This document shows, piece after piece, positions 9,055 through 19,306 of a DNA stretch of 64,000 bases. The notes under the pieces are model-generated. The model saw only the letters and a list, made by a program, of their open reading frames with translations. It did not search any database and was not told the DNA's origin. A program made the translations under genes and the position numbers. The stretch's first letter is position 1. The number at the start of each line of letters is the position of its first letter. Origin of the DNA: a virus. Where the stretch lies: positions 1 to 64,000 of the IMG/VR virus record IMGVR_UViG_3300048798_000032. One strand, given 5' to 3'.

Positions 9055-9518
9055 CAGGCACCCCCGGCGAGCTTCTTGCGCCACGACTGCATGCTCGCCA
9101 CACCAGCCGCCTTGTCCGGGTCGTCCTTCCCGGCCTTCTCCAGCTCAATCCGGACCCGGCGCCGGTCCCCTTCGGTCACCAGCAGGCGCGCCGTGTGCGA
9201 CGACCACGACGCGAACAGCATCGCCGACAGTTTCTCCGCGTCCAGCATCTCCGACAGAACCTCAGCGGCGACGTACGCCTCCATCCAGTCCGAGGCTTCA
9301 TACCACGCGCTCTGGCCCGAGAAGCGCAGCGCCTGGTACCACTTCTTCGCTGTCGGATGCCACTCACTGTCAGCCAGCGGCACCCTGAAAGTCCCCCGTG
9401 GTGACGGTGTGCCACCCGGGGGGCCGGGACGGGCCGTGGGGGCCTTGTCCGTGGGCTCAGCCTTATGGTGCCCATGCCGCTGATCAGTCCTCTTCGGGAC
9501 CGGGCCGCGTGCTGCCAT
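9054..9518 (-). CDS. terS: terminase small subunit
   Basis: MAARGPVPKR, WHPTAKKWY..L..SGQ..WYEASDW, TEGDRRRVRIEL typical of actinophage terS. Confidence 0.82.
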   Translation of the reverse strand: MAARGPVPKRTDQRHGHHKAEPTDKAPTARPGPPGGTPSPRGTFRVPLADSEWHPTAKKWYQALRFSGQSAWYEASDWMEAYVAAEVLSEMLDAEKLSAMLFASWSSHTARLLVTEGDRRRVRIELEKAGKDDPDKAAGVASMQSWRKKLAGGA

Positions 9519-9786
9519 GATCGTCAACTCCCGTTGCGGGATCCGCGGTGGCTGCCGTTGCGGCTGCCAGCGCCTTTGCCTGCCTTACCTCACGTGCTGC
9601 CGGGACACCCTCCAGCCAGGGAAGGAACATCTCAGCGATCCGGATCGTCGCCGTCGCGGCCTGATCCGGATGCCGGTCCACCTTCCCCGGCGGGGCGGCT
9701 GGCCCGATCAGCGCCGCAGCCGCCACCAGGGCAGCCCGGCGCGACGCCGCCAGAGCTTCCCGGGCCGCAGCGGCGTCCACGGCGGC

Positions 9787-10152
9787 CTAACTGATCACGT
9801 TCGCGTTGATGCCCGGGTCATCCTGGCCGTCGTCGGCGACCAGCGGCCCCCGGCGCGTCTCCCGGTGCATCCCCGGGTACGCCGAAGGATGCAGCGCCGC
9901 CTCTTCCTCGCGCTTCAGCCGGGCCTCCTGCTGCTCCCTGGACTCCGCGGCACCCGGGACATCACCGGGAAGCCGGGCGTGCAGCTCGTCCACCGTTGGC
10001 GTCCGCTCAGGCACCGGCTGCGGGTGGCCGGCGGGTTCTGATGTCCCCGCGCCCGTGCTGCTAGCCGGCGGGGCATTCTCCTTCACCGGCACCCCCGGCG
10101 TACCTGGCGTGGCGGGTCCCGGCTTCGGGTCAGGCGTCTTCGCGTCAGTCAT
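9787..10152 (-). CDS. hypothetical Pro-rich protein
   Basis: AAAGGAA RBS before MTDAKTPDPK. Confidence 0.55.
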   Translation of the reverse strand: MTDAKTPDPKPGPATPGTPGVPVKENAPPASSTGAGTSEPAGHPQPVPERTPTVDELHARLPGDVPGAAESREQQEARLKREEEAALHPSAYPGMHRETRRGPLVADDGQDDPGINANVIS

Positions 10153-10177
10153 GACCATTCCTTTCGCTACAGCGCAA

Positions 10178-10761
10178 TGTTCCGGTGTCCCATTGTTCCG
10201 GTGCGCGAAATGCGCCGCCGTTGTTCCGGCTGTTCCGCCCATTCCCGCGGGCTAGCCGGAACATTGCGCAATTTTTGGCCAATCGCCTTTCTTGGCGCAC
10301 CTTTTCAGCCGCCGCAGGCTTCAAAAAGCGGGGCGATTCTGCCACGCTATGACGTGCCGGTCGCGCGCCGGCTCAGCTAGGGGGCCAGTCCCCACGCCCC
10401 CCTGCCGGTGCGGCGATGTTCCGGCCGCAGCGCGGCACTGTTCCGGTCACTGCCTGTCCACCGACCGGGCATCGCGCCGCAGGTCAGCCGGCGTTCCAGC
10501 CGGTGCCGACCCAAGCGGCTGGTGGCGAGCCCGGCGCGGCTGTGCCGCACGCTGCGGAGCTGCTGGCCTGGTACTCGGCCTGATGGTGAGCGGCTGTCCT
10601 GGTGGCACCCAGAATGCCGCTGGCGGCTGTTCCGGCAATGGAACGCAGGCTCGTGCGCGGGGCGCTGTTCCGGTCTCGCGTTCCGGCTGTTCCGCTTGTT
10701 CCGGTCAATTGACGCCGGATGTTCCGGTGAATGGCGCAGAGGAATTGACATTGACCGGAAC
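10178..10761. repeat. dispersed TGTTCCG(G) repeat cluster
   Basis: TGTTCCG at 10178, 10194, 10222, 10231, 10417, 10439, 10628, 10666, 10688, 10697, 10720; variant at 10679; inverted copies near 10256 and 10755. Confidence 0.8.
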
Positions 10762-10773
10762 GGCGCGCATACT
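10745..10773 (+). promoter_or_regulatory. sigma-A-type promoter
   Basis: TTGACA-17 bp-CATACT upstream of the + strand cassette. Confidence 0.75.
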
Positions 10774-10845
10774 GAGGACATAAGCGAGGCCCGCGCAACG
10801 GGAATTGCCGGGCCTCATGATCACAGATGAACCGTTGGAGGTTCT

Positions 10846-11079
10846 GTGATGAGGAAGATTCTAGCCGCTCTCGTGCTGGCCGTCACGCTGGCCGGATGCG
10901 GTACGGTGCATCACCAGCCGGCGGGATGCGTCTCGCCGTCTGAGCCTGCCGGGACTGCGATTCAGGTCAACGGGGATGGCAGCGCGGTCGTTGCCCCGTC
11001 GCTGGACGTGGCCAACTACGTGTGCGTGTCCACTGGTGCCCGGTTCACCTGGGTTGCCACTGCGGTGCCGGTCCGGTGA
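10846..11079 (+). CDS. putative lipoprotein
   Basis: MRKILAALVLAVTLAG-C signal and lipobox; GGAGG RBS. Confidence 0.7.
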   Translation: MMRKILAALVLAVTLAGCGTVHHQPAGCVSPSEPAGTAIQVNGDGSAVVAPSLDVANYVCVSTGARFTWVATAVPVR

Positions 11080-11312
11080 GCACCACCACGAAGCACACCT
11101 GCGGTGGCCCGGTGTTCGGCCGCAAGACGCCCGGGTGCCCGCGCTGTGACGAGCTGACCGCCGGCGCGGCCCCGGTCGTGCAGGCGTGGCGCTCACGTCC
11201 CACCAGGGCGCAGGAAGACGCTCAGCGGTGCGCCGAGATCAGGGCTCACTTCGCTGGCGGGCGGCACAACTCCGGTGGCTGTGGCCCGGTCTGCACGTTC
11301 GGGGAGTGGTGA
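11076..11312 (+). CDS. small Cys/His-rich hypothetical protein
   Basis: HTCGG..GCPRCDEL..CGPVCTFGEW; GTGA coupling. Confidence 0.6.
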   Translation: MSTTTKHTCGGPVFGRKTPGCPRCDELTAGAAPVVQAWRSRPTRAQEDAQRCAEIRAHFAGGRHNSGGCGPVCTFGEW

Positions 11313-11695
11313 TCATGAGCCGCCTCGTGTGGCACGGCCACAACCTGATCGCGTTCTGGTTCTGCCGTCTGGGCGAGCGTTTGATGGGCGGCTCACGGTG
11401 AGCCCCGTGACCGACCGGACGCTGGCGCTGGCCGAGCTGGCCGAGCTCCACCACAACGAGTGGACGCTAGAGCAGACCGCGCTGTGGCTGGACGCGTGCC
11501 AGAGCGCGGACATGGAGTCATGGGCTAACGAGCGCGCCGGCGAGGAAGATTTCGCGGCTCAGTTGCGTCCGTCCGCGGTGCTGGCAGCCGAGTGGTCGGC
11601 TGAGGCCAGCATGGCTACTCAAAAGTAACGTCCCGGTGCTGGTTGCACAGCGCCGGGACGGGCGAACCATCCGAGACCACTGGAGGGTCTAAGAC

Positions 11696-12841
11696 ATGTC
11701 CACCGTAACAGGCTTGAAGATCACCGTGAACCGCGCCGAGTTCGCTGCCGCGGTCGCGTTCGCCGGCAAGGCACTTCCGCGCAGCCCGGCTGCCGCGGTG
11801 CTCGCAGGCATGCGGCTTGAGGTCGCTGACGGGCACCTGACCGTCGCCGCGTTCGACTATGACGAAGCGCGCCGCGTGCACGTCGCCGGCGAGTTCGCTG
11901 AGTCTGGCGTGATCCTGGTGAACGGCGCGCAACTCTCAGCGGTCGTCAAGGGCATGGCCAAGGGCAAGACCGTCACGGCCGAACTTGAGGCTGGCGGCAA
12001 CGGCCTGACGCTGCGGTGCGCTGGCGCTGTCTCGCAACTGGCCGCGCTGCCGCTGGACGACTACCCGGCGCTGCCGCCGATGCCCGCACTGTCAGGCACC
12101 GTAGACGGTACCGCGTTTGCCCGGTCAGTGGCCCGTGTCGCCGTGGCGGCGAGCCGCGATGACACGCTGCCCGTGCTCACGTGCGTCCAGCTTGAGACCG
12201 GCACCGGTTCGCTCACGCTGGCCGCCACCGACCGCTACCGGCTGGCGACGGATGAACTGCACTGGACGCCGGCCGGGCTGGACGCTGAGTCGGGCCGGTA
12301 CCTCGTGCCGGCAGCGGCGCTGACCGCGTTCGCGAAAGGCTGCAGCGGCAAGGTGACCGTGCACTTCGGCACCGATCCCCGCACTCCTGCCGGTCACGCC
12401 GGTTTCAGCGACGGCACGCGCGAGATGATCGTGCACTGCATGGGCGGCGAGTATGTGAGGTACAGCCAGATCCTGCCGGGCAGCTGCGAGGCGTCGGCCG
12501 TGCTGGACGCCAGTGCACTGGCTGGTGCCGTCAAGCGCGCTGGCGCGATGGTTGAGCGCAACATGCCGGTGCGGCTCACGTTCGACGGCTGCACGTCGGT
12601 GGTCACGGTGACTGCGGTGCGTGATGGTGCTGTCGCCAGCACTGAGCATGTTCCCGCCGAGTTCACCGGAACGCCGCTGGATGCCGGCTACAACCCGGCG
12701 TATCTCGGCTCGCTGCTGAGCGGCGTTGACGGTACCGCGCGGCTCAGTTTCAACGGTGCCACCAAGCCAGTCCAGGTGACCAGCAACAGCAGTAAGGACG
12801 CCTACCGGGCGATCTGCATGCCGATCCAGAATGCAGCCTGA
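11696..12841 (+). CDS. dnaN: DNA polymerase III beta sliding clamp homolog
   Basis: 381 aa; AFDYD, DYPALP, AASRDDTLPVLT, LAATDRYRLA, YNPAYL, ICMPI. Confidence 0.88.
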   Translation: MSTVTGLKITVNRAEFAAAVAFAGKALPRSPAAAVLAGMRLEVADGHLTVAAFDYDEARRVHVAGEFAESGVILVNGAQLSAVVKGMAKGKTVTAELEAGGNGLTLRCAGAVSQLAALPLDDYPALPPMPALSGTVDGTAFARSVARVAVAASRDDTLPVLTCVQLETGTGSLTLAATDRYRLATDELHWTPAGLDAESGRYLVPAAALTAFAKGCSGKVTVHFGTDPRTPAGHAGFSDGTREMIVHCMGGEYVRYSQILPGSCEASAVLDASALAGAVKRAGAMVERNMPVRLTFDGCTSVVTVTAVRDGAVASTEHVPAEFTGTPLDAGYNPAYLGSLLSGVDGTARLSFNGATKPVQVTSNSSKDAYRAICMPIQNAA

Positions 12842-12979
12842 CCCGCCCAGCCTGACCGGTATCCAAGCCGGGACCCTCGTGCGAACCGGGGGGCACGCAC
12901 GTGCCAAGCCTTCAGGCCACCAGCATGAGCCGATGGCCTGAGTCATCCCCAGATACCGCCAGGAAGTGGAGACACGATC

Positions 12980-14332
12980 ATGATAGACCAGGAAGCCATC
13001 ATCGACGCGGAACTAGTGGACGACGACAGCGCGGGCACGGCGGTTGCGGAAACGCGCCCGCGTGCCTCCATGGCCGTTGCCCGGCACGAGGAGCAGATCG
13101 ACGGGGCGTGGCTGCTGAACCTTGCGGACGCCTGGATCGGGCGGCACTGCTATATGTCCGATGCGGCGCGGCACACGCTGGCGCTGTGGACGATGGCGCA
13201 GCACTTCCGCAGCAATGGCCGGATGATCTGGGAGAAGTTCGGTCACCTGCTGTTCATCGCCGAGACGCCCGGATCGGGCAAGTCGACCGCGATGACGATC
13301 GGCGGCTACCTGTGCGCGCCGTGGTTCTTCGGGCTCGACCTGAACCCGACAGCACCAGGGCTCTGCATGACGATCGGGCAGGAGCACGCCGTGGTGTGCA
13401 TCGACGAGGCGCACCGGCTGATCGGGCCGAAGGGCACGAAGAAGGCCGACGTCGTGACGATCATGTGCGGCTCGTTCGAGAAGAACGGCTCGTACCTGAA
13501 CGGGCGCGGCGGCAAGGCGACCCGCGTCAGGGTGTGGTCGCCCATGATGATCGCCGCGAAGAAGGACCCGTTCCTGACCAGCGCCGGCGAGGAGATCAGC
13601 GACGTGATCGACCGCTCGGTGCTGATCATGATGTCCAAGCCGCCCGCCGACGACGACCCGGAGAATCCCGCGCTCATGCCGCTGACGGCCGAGACGGAGA
13701 TGATGGGCGCCCAGATCGCCGCACGCGCCGCCGCGTGGGCCGCTCAGGCAATGGCCGACCCTGACCGGATGCGCACTGCCATGGCCGCCGCGCGGACGGC
13801 TGCGGCACAGACTGGGCTGGTGGGCCGTGACGCTGACGTGTGGCTGGCCATGTTCACCGTCGCCGCGCTGGCCTCACCCGGTCATCTGGAGGTGGCCTGC
13901 CAGGCCGCCGCGGAGTTGCGGCTGCACCGCCCGGCCGCGCAGGAGGTGGAGACCGACCCGCTGCGCGAACTGGAGGCCGGTCTCATGCGGGACGGCGCAC
14001 CGCTCGGCTGGGGTGCTGCTGTCACGCCAGCCAGGGTGCACGAGGTTCCGGTGGCGGCCGCAGCCGGCGAGGCGGCCGGGTCAGCCGATCCGCAGATCCT
14101 CGGGGACATCGCGGATGTGTGGCCGGATGGTGAGGCGAAGATGGCGAGCGCCGGCCTGGTGGCGCGGCTCGGCTGGGATGTGAGCGGCCCCGATGAGGTG
14201 CGCACCGCCCAGCGGGAGCTGGCGGCGCTGCTGAAGCCGCACGGCGTGGTCCCGGTCAAGGTCCGGATCGGTGACCGGACGGTGTGGGGATACCGGCTCG
14301 CGGACTTTCCGGCGCTGGCGATGGCTGCGTAA
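12980..14332 (+). CDS. P-loop NTPase with DUF3631-like C-terminus (replication protein of actinomycete elements)
   Basis: PGSGKST, CIDE; C-terminal LAALLKPHGVVPVKVRIGDRTVWGYRLADF. Confidence 0.7.
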   Translation: MIDQEAIIDAELVDDDSAGTAVAETRPRASMAVARHEEQIDGAWLLNLADAWIGRHCYMSDAARHTLALWTMAQHFRSNGRMIWEKFGHLLFIAETPGSGKSTAMTIGGYLCAPWFFGLDLNPTAPGLCMTIGQEHAVVCIDEAHRLIGPKGTKKADVVTIMCGSFEKNGSYLNGRGGKATRVRVWSPMMIAAKKDPFLTSAGEEISDVIDRSVLIMMSKPPADDDPENPALMPLTAETEMMGAQIAARAAAWAAQAMADPDRMRTAMAAARTAAAQTGLVGRDADVWLAMFTVAALASPGHLEVACQAAAELRLHRPAAQEVETDPLRELEAGLMRDGAPLGWGAAVTPARVHEVPVAAAAGEAAGSADPQILGDIADVWPDGEAKMASAGLVARLGWDVSGPDEVRTAQRELAALLKPHGVVPVKVRIGDRTVWGYRLADFPALAMAA

Positions 14333-14342
14333 GCCGCACCAC

Positions 14343-14391
14343 CAGGAAACTGCCTGTCACCTGCGCAAACGGGTGGCGGGCAGGTTTCCTG
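14343..14391. terminator. long hairpin ending the + strand cassette
   Basis: CAGGAAAC-TGCC...GGCA-GGTTTCCTG inverted repeat after stop. Confidence 0.55.
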
Positions 14392-14486
14392 TGTACACGG
14401 TGTGCAGAAACGTACAGTCAGTCAGGAACCATGAACGAGTTGACGTCCTCCCCGGCCTGAAGGCGCGGGGATTCCTGCTGCGCGGC

Positions 14487-15683
14487 TCACGCCGCGCTCC
14501 GGTGGGTTCCTGTTTCACGGACAGCCGCCGGGGCAAGCCCCGGCCTTACGCCGTCTCCGCAGGCGTTTAGAGTGTCCCTGCGTCCCAGGGCCACTATGTT
14601 CCGGGCCGCGTTGACGTCCCGGTCATGCGCTGCTCCGCACCCGCCGCACGTCCATGCGCGGACACTCAGCGGCTTCGGGCCGTCCTTCACGCCGCACACC
14701 GAGCACACCTGCGACGTGGGCTCGAACCGGCCGATCTTGCCAAAGGTGCGGCAATGCCGGGCGGCCTTGTATTCCAGCATTCCGGTGAAGGTGGCCCACC
14801 CGGCGTCGTGCACTGACTTGGCCAGCCTCGTGCGCGCCAGGCCCCTGACGCACAGATCCTCCACGTACACCGCTTGGTTTTCGCGGATGATGCGCGTGGA
14901 TTCCTTGTGCAGCCAGTCCCGGCGCGAGTCGGCCACGTGGGCGTGGACCCTGGCGACCCTAACCCGGGCCTTGGTGCGGTTGCTGCTGCCCTTGGCCTTG
15001 CGGGACAGGGCCTGCTGCGCCTTGCGGAGCTTCCGCTCAGCCCGGCGCAGGAACTTCGGGGAGGCGACCTTCCGGCCATCCGACAGGACCGCGAAGTGGG
15101 TCAGCCCGAGGTCGACGCCTACCTCAGTACCCACCTCGGGGAGTGGGTCACCGGGGACCTCGACCACGAACGAGGCGAAGTACCGGCCCGCCGCGTCCTT
15201 GGTCACGGTCACGCTGGACGGTTCGGCGGGGAGCGGGCGGGACCAGCGGACTGGTATGTCCCCGATCTTCGGCAGCCGCAGATTCCCGTTCGGGAGCACC
15301 TTGAACCGGGCGTTGGCGGTGAACCGGGCCGACTGACGGTGGTCCTTGCGGGACCGGAACCGCGGTGGTGCCACCTTCGGCCCCTTCCGCTTACCCGTGG
15401 CGGAGGCGAAGAAGTTCCGGTAGGCGGTGTTCAGGTCCGCGAGGGCCTGCTGAAGCACCACCGACGACACGTTGCCCAGCCACGCCCGTTCCGGGGTGGT
15501 CTTGACAGTGGTCAGCTGGGCCGACAACTCGGCGTCGGTGATGTACGGCTCCCCGGCGGCGAATGCTTCCCGCCGCGCGGCCAGCGCGTCGTTGAACACC
15601 ACCCGGGTGCAGCCGAACGCCCGGCCGAGGCCCTGCCGGTGCCGGGGGGCCGGGTCGAGGCGGTAGTTGTACCGGAGCTGCAC
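14487..15683 (-). CDS. tnpB: TnpB RNA-guided endonuclease
   Basis: GTG start VQLRYNYRL; RuvC GVDLG / YVEDL / DRDVNAA; CSVC..CGGC zinc finger. Confidence 0.95.
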   Translation of the reverse strand: MQLRYNYRLDPAPRHRQGLGRAFGCTRVVFNDALAARREAFAAGEPYITDAELSAQLTTVKTTPERAWLGNVSSVVLQQALADLNTAYRNFFASATGKRKGPKVAPPRFRSRKDHRQSARFTANARFKVLPNGNLRLPKIGDIPVRWSRPLPAEPSSVTVTKDAAGRYFASFVVEVPGDPLPEVGTEVGVDLGLTHFAVLSDGRKVASPKFLRRAERKLRKAQQALSRKAKGSSNRTKARVRVARVHAHVADSRRDWLHKESTRIIRENQAVYVEDLCVRGLARTRLAKSVHDAGWATFTGMLEYKAARHCRTFGKIGRFEPTSQVCSVCGVKDGPKPLSVRAWTCGGCGAAHDRDVNAARNIVALGRRDTLNACGDGVRPGLAPAAVRETGTHRSAA

Positions 15684-15704
15684 CCGCTCAGTATAATTGG
15701 TTTT

Positions 15705-16121
15705 ATGGCCGAGTACGGCACCGTACGCACTGGCAGGCATTGTGTTTTCATCCTGCACGCACACTTGGTTTTCGTCACCAAATACCGGCATCAGGTGTTC
15801 ACCGCCGCGCACCTGGAACGCATGGAGGAGATCATGCGGGACGTGTGCGCGGACTTCGGCACCGAACTGGCCGAGTTCAACGGCGAGGCAAACCACGTCC
15901 ACCTACTGGTGAACTTCCCGCCCACCGTGGCCCTCTCCCGGCTGGTCAACAGCCTCAAAGGCGTCTCGTCCCGCCGGCTGCGGCAGGAGTTCCCCAGCCT
16001 CGTAAGGCACTACTGGCGGGCTAAGCGACTGTGGTCCGGGTCGTACTTCGCCGGATCGGTCGGCGGGGCACCCATCAGCGTCCTGCGCCAGTACATCGAG
16101 CAGCAAGACCGGCCGGCTTAG
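15705..16121 (+). CDS. tnpA: Y1 HUH transposase
   Basis: HLVFVTKYR, HVHL, LWSGSYF, YIEQQ. Confidence 0.95.
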   Translation: MAEYGTVRTGRHCVFILHAHLVFVTKYRHQVFTAAHLERMEEIMRDVCADFGTELAEFNGEANHVHLLVNFPPTVALSRLVNSLKGVSSRRLRQEFPSLVRHYWRAKRLWSGSYFAGSVGGAPISVLRQYIEQQDRPA

Positions 16122-16232
16122 GGCACGGGCTTTCACCTCCGCCCTGAAGGACGGAGCACTAGCCCGCATTTTGGTAGCCCAAGCCCCAGCGGATCTGATC
16201 CTCGGCGGCTGGCGGTGCGTAGCTGTCGCACA

Positions 16233-16436
16233 TCAGGACACCGGATCAAGGCGGTCAGCGGCTGCGCGCAGGAACTCTGCCAGTGGCTTGCCCACATCCA
16301 GATCCACCGTGACTTCGGAGATGCGCAGCGGCGTGCTGGGTGGCATGCGCAGCCGCACGGTGGGAGTGAACGAGCCGATCCTGGCTTCGCTGCCATCACT
16401 GGAGCGCACGATCAAGTCCATGCCAGCCATCTCCAT
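16233..16436 (-). CDS. hypothetical protein
   Basis: ATG right after HNH stop. Confidence 0.45.
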   Translation of the reverse strand: MEMAGMDLIVRSSDGSEARIGSFTPTVRLRMPPSTPLRISEVTVDLDVGKPLAEFLRAAADRLDPVS

Positions 16437-16438
16437 TT

Positions 16439-16765
16439 TCAGATCAGCCCGGGGTGACGTTCGCTTGGGCGTGTCCGCGCCGCTGCCATCTTGCGCCGGA
16501 TCTGGCCCCACGCCTCGCCGCCCTGCCCTGAGCTCCGGCGCGTGTGGTGCGGTGCGCAGATAGCTCTCAGCATTTCCGGGTGGTGATCCCACGGTGCGCC
16601 CATGTGGTCGGCCTGAGACGCCCGCACAGCGCAGGGTGCGCCGTCCTCGCCGGGCAGTTCACCCCAGCGGCAGCGGTACCCGTCGCGCACGAGCACGGAC
16701 GCCGACAGGGCATCCCAGCCAGGGGGCAGCGGTACCGACCGCCAGGAACCGGGGCGGCTGACCAT
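16439..16765 (-). CDS. HNH endonuclease (packaging-associated type)
   Basis: LPPGW, RDGYRC, ADH, LRAICAPHH, ERHPGL. Confidence 0.85.
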   Translation of the reverse strand: MVSRPGSWRSVPLPPGWDALSASVLVRDGYRCRWGELPGEDGAPCAVRASQADHMGAPWDHHPEMLRAICAPHHTRRSSGQGGEAWGQIRRKMAAARTRPSERHPGLI

Positions 16766-16839
16766 CAGCGCCAGCGCACGAGCCAGAGAATCAGCAGGAT
16801 TACCAGCACCAGGACGATCACGCCACCGCCGACGTACAT
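16765..16839 (-). CDS. 24-aa membrane peptide MYVGGGVIVLVLVILLILWLVRWR
   Basis: GGAGG RBS; TGATG coupling to HNH. Confidence 0.6.
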   Translation of the reverse strand: MYVGGGVIVLVLVILLILWLVRWR

Positions 16840-17021
16840 CCTGCCTCCCTGGCATCATCGCTAGGCTTGGACCGCACCAGACTCAGGCACCGGGGGGTTC
16901 CGTGGCGTGGCCGTCGCCCGAGGATGCGGCCTGGGACGGCGCACGTGATGGCCTGCGCGGCGCACGGCTTCTGCGCCTTCCTGCACCCGCTGGCGGACGG
17001 ACGGTGCCTGGTGTGCGCGGC

Positions 17022-17570
17022 TCAGGTCTCCGTGGCCGGCGTGCCGGGAACCAGCGCCACCTGCGTTGCCGGGCCAGACGTCACGATGATCGCCTCGGCA
17101 CCGGTGAATCCCGTGGTCTGCCCGACCACCGACAGGGACAGGTTCGGCGTCGGCGTCCCCGCGGCCACGGTGGCGGACAGCGTGTCGGTGGAGACGGTCA
17201 GCACGGCACCGGAGTTGTCCGGGTCGGTCAGCGTCCACGCCCACGTGTCCGCGGGTGCCGGGGCCGGCTCGCCCTTGGCGTCCAGGCCGCCGAGGGTGAA
17301 CGGAAGGACGTTGCTGTCGAGGATGTCGATGGATGCGGTCACGGGAGACTCACTCTCTGAGGTGGGGGTGCCTGGGATGAGGACAATCGAGGCCGGCCGG
17401 AGCGTGACCCGGTTGCGCAGCCACGCGTAGGCGACATTCGCGGTCTGCTGGTAGAAGTTGCCGCCGGCGGTGGCGAGCTGGGCGGCGAACTGCCGGTCGG
17501 CCTGGTCGGCGGCGGCGTATGCGGCCGAGCCGGGGACAGCGGCCGGATCGGGTGGGGTGGGCGTCGTCAA
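17022..17570 (-). CDS. hypothetical protein with beta-rich (Ig-like) C-terminus
   Basis: 182 aa; Thr/Val-rich strands. Confidence 0.6.
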   Translation of the reverse strand: MTTPTPPDPAAVPGSAAYAAADQADRQFAAQLATAGGNFYQQTANVAYAWLRNRVTLRPASIVLIPGTPTSESESPVTASIDILDSNVLPFTLGGLDAKGEPAPAPADTWAWTLTDPDNSGAVLTVSTDTLSATVAAGTPTPNLSLSVVGQTTGFTGAEAIIVTSGPATQVALVPGTPATET

Positions 17571-17657
17571 GGAAGCGCCTCCGTTTTCCCGGGGAGCGCT
17601 GAACAGGGGGGGATGACGCGGGGGGTGATGACCTGCGGTTATGCGCCGTGCTGGCGG

Positions 17658-17864
17658 TCAGGCGGCGCAAGAGAGGCTTTTGCTGGCCTCGATCGCAGCA
17701 ATCTCGCGGTAGTCGTAGACGTTCCAGCGGCCGATCTTGCCGAGTGGCTCGATGCCGTAGCGCTCGATCCAGGTGCGCACCGTGGAGGCGGGAACGCCGA
17801 GCAACTCACCAGCCCGGGTGGGGGTGACGATGTCCTCGGGCTCGATGCCAGGACGGGGCGGCAT
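17658..17864 (-). CDS. MerR-like HTH DNA-binding protein
   Basis: AGELLGVPASTVRTWIERY. Confidence 0.75.
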   Translation of the reverse strand: MPPRPGIEPEDIVTPTRAGELLGVPASTVRTWIERYGIEPLGKIGRWNVYDYREIAAIEASKSLSCAA

Positions 17865-18011
17865 TGACCACCACCCCGGCACAGGAAAATCCCGTCGGCG
17901 CTCAGCGGGCGGGATTTGGGCACACGTATCTAGGTCGGTAGCGTCCCAGATTTTAGCGATCATGTCAAAGGCTGGCCTGCGGGCACGCCGCAGAACGCGC
18001 CTTCAAGAGCA

Positions 18012-18962
18012 TCAGGTGCTCCTTGAAATACAGCGGGTGCCCACGGAAGTCGCGGCCGACTGGGTGGATCTTGCCGCCTTTCCGAGTTCCTCCAGCTGGA
18101 CCTGGTACACGCGGCCCATGAGCAGGTCGTAGGACGGCCCAATGTAGGCATTCGGGCAGTCGGTGCAGCGGACTTTGGGTTCCCATCCGCCGTCGTGAGC
18201 CTCGTACTGGACGAGGGTTTTCCCTTTGCACTCGTCGCAGCGGACCTCAGTGATGCGCCGGCGCTGGCGGGACTTGCCGAGCATCCCTCGCGCCCGGCCG
18301 TTGAGGGCAAGGAACTCCAGGCCGGCCCCTGTGCCGTCCAGGGTCACGTCTTCCCAGGCGTCGCCGGACGTGTCGTACCTGATGGGCTGCAAGGCTACCC
18401 AGGGCTGGCCGGCTTCATTGAGCACGAGTTCGGGGGTCTCGTCACCGTGCTCGGCAATAACCTCATCCACCCGGATGCGGGTGGCGGCGCGAGTGTACTC
18501 GTGCGGTTCCAGTGACAGGAGGGTGCCAAGGTAGCGGTTGAGGTAGCGGCATGCGTGGTCCAGTGCCACCGAGTCGCGGCGCCGGCCATCCGGGTAGTCC
18601 GACAGGTCCGCAATCCCGTAGACCCGTTCTTCCCACGACAAAGTAACGTGAACGATCTCCCGCATGAACGCCTGGACATCGGCGGCGATGGGGATCGGCG
18701 GCTCGCGGGAGCCCGAGACGCGCTCCTCAAGTTGCTCGCTGCGGGCCAGTAGCCCCCGCAGCTCCACATAGGTCAGCGGAAGCTCAGTGATGGCGCGGGC
18801 GATGTATTGGGTGTCTGTCTCGCAGAACGCCCTCGGGCACAGGTTCGCGTTGCCCTGGTAGTCGCGTTCCTCGCAGCGCATTCCCCGGGCGCACGGTGTC
18901 AGCCCGGCCTGGTCGCTGTAGGTGTCTGGTTCAGGATCCCGGTAGTGCCCGCGACGTCCCAC
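18012..18962 (-). CDS. hypothetical zinc-ribbon protein
   Basis: 316 aa; CDEC..CTDC. Confidence 0.65.
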   Translation of the reverse strand: MGRRGHYRDPEPDTYSDQAGLTPCARGMRCEERDYQGNANLCPRAFCETDTQYIARAITELPLTYVELRGLLARSEQLEERVSGSREPPIPIAADVQAFMREIVHVTLSWEERVYGIADLSDYPDGRRRDSVALDHACRYLNRYLGTLLSLEPHEYTRAATRIRVDEVIAEHGDETPELVLNEAGQPWVALQPIRYDTSGDAWEDVTLDGTGAGLEFLALNGRARGMLGKSRQRRRITEVRCDECKGKTLVQYEAHDGGWEPKVRCTDCPNAYIGPSYDLLMGRVYQVQLEELGKAARSTQSAATSVGTRCISRST

Positions 18963-19215
18963 TTACCCCCCTGAACTGCGAGAAGCACCGGACTGTAACT
19001 CTCTGCCTGAGCTAGAGGTTAGTGTGCCGTATCCGTTAGGGAAGTGCCAATAGAACCGTGTTCGGGTGGCAAGCAGGAAGATCAGGCCCGCGGCGAGGAG
19101 GATGAGCGGCAGTGCTCCGGATAGATCGTGAGGTGGGCATGCAGGCTGAACGCTCACTCAGGCCACCCGCCTCGCCGCCGCATCTTGGACCGCGCCGAAC
19201 GCGATCTTCGCGCAT

Positions 19216-19306
19216 TCCGGGTCACCCCGGGTGCAGTCGGCTGTGAACCAGGAACCCCGGCCCGCGAGGACCGGAATCCCCGCCGTTCACGGCGGGGAGT
19301 AGTCAA
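19216..19306 (+). mobile_element. second orphan IS605 right end / omega-RNA part
   Basis: GTGAACCAGGAACCC...GGAATCCCCGCCGTTCACGGCGGGGAGTAGTCAA, closely resembling the end of element 2 at 30005. Confidence 0.8.

Larger units (their letters stand above)
14440..16177 (-). mobile_element. IS200/IS605 family element 1 (divergent tnpA/tnpB)
   Basis: right-end hairpin + TCAA at 14440; left-end hairpin CTCCGTCC-TTCA-GGGCGGAG; TTGGG immediately outside the inferred left end. Confidence 0.9.
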
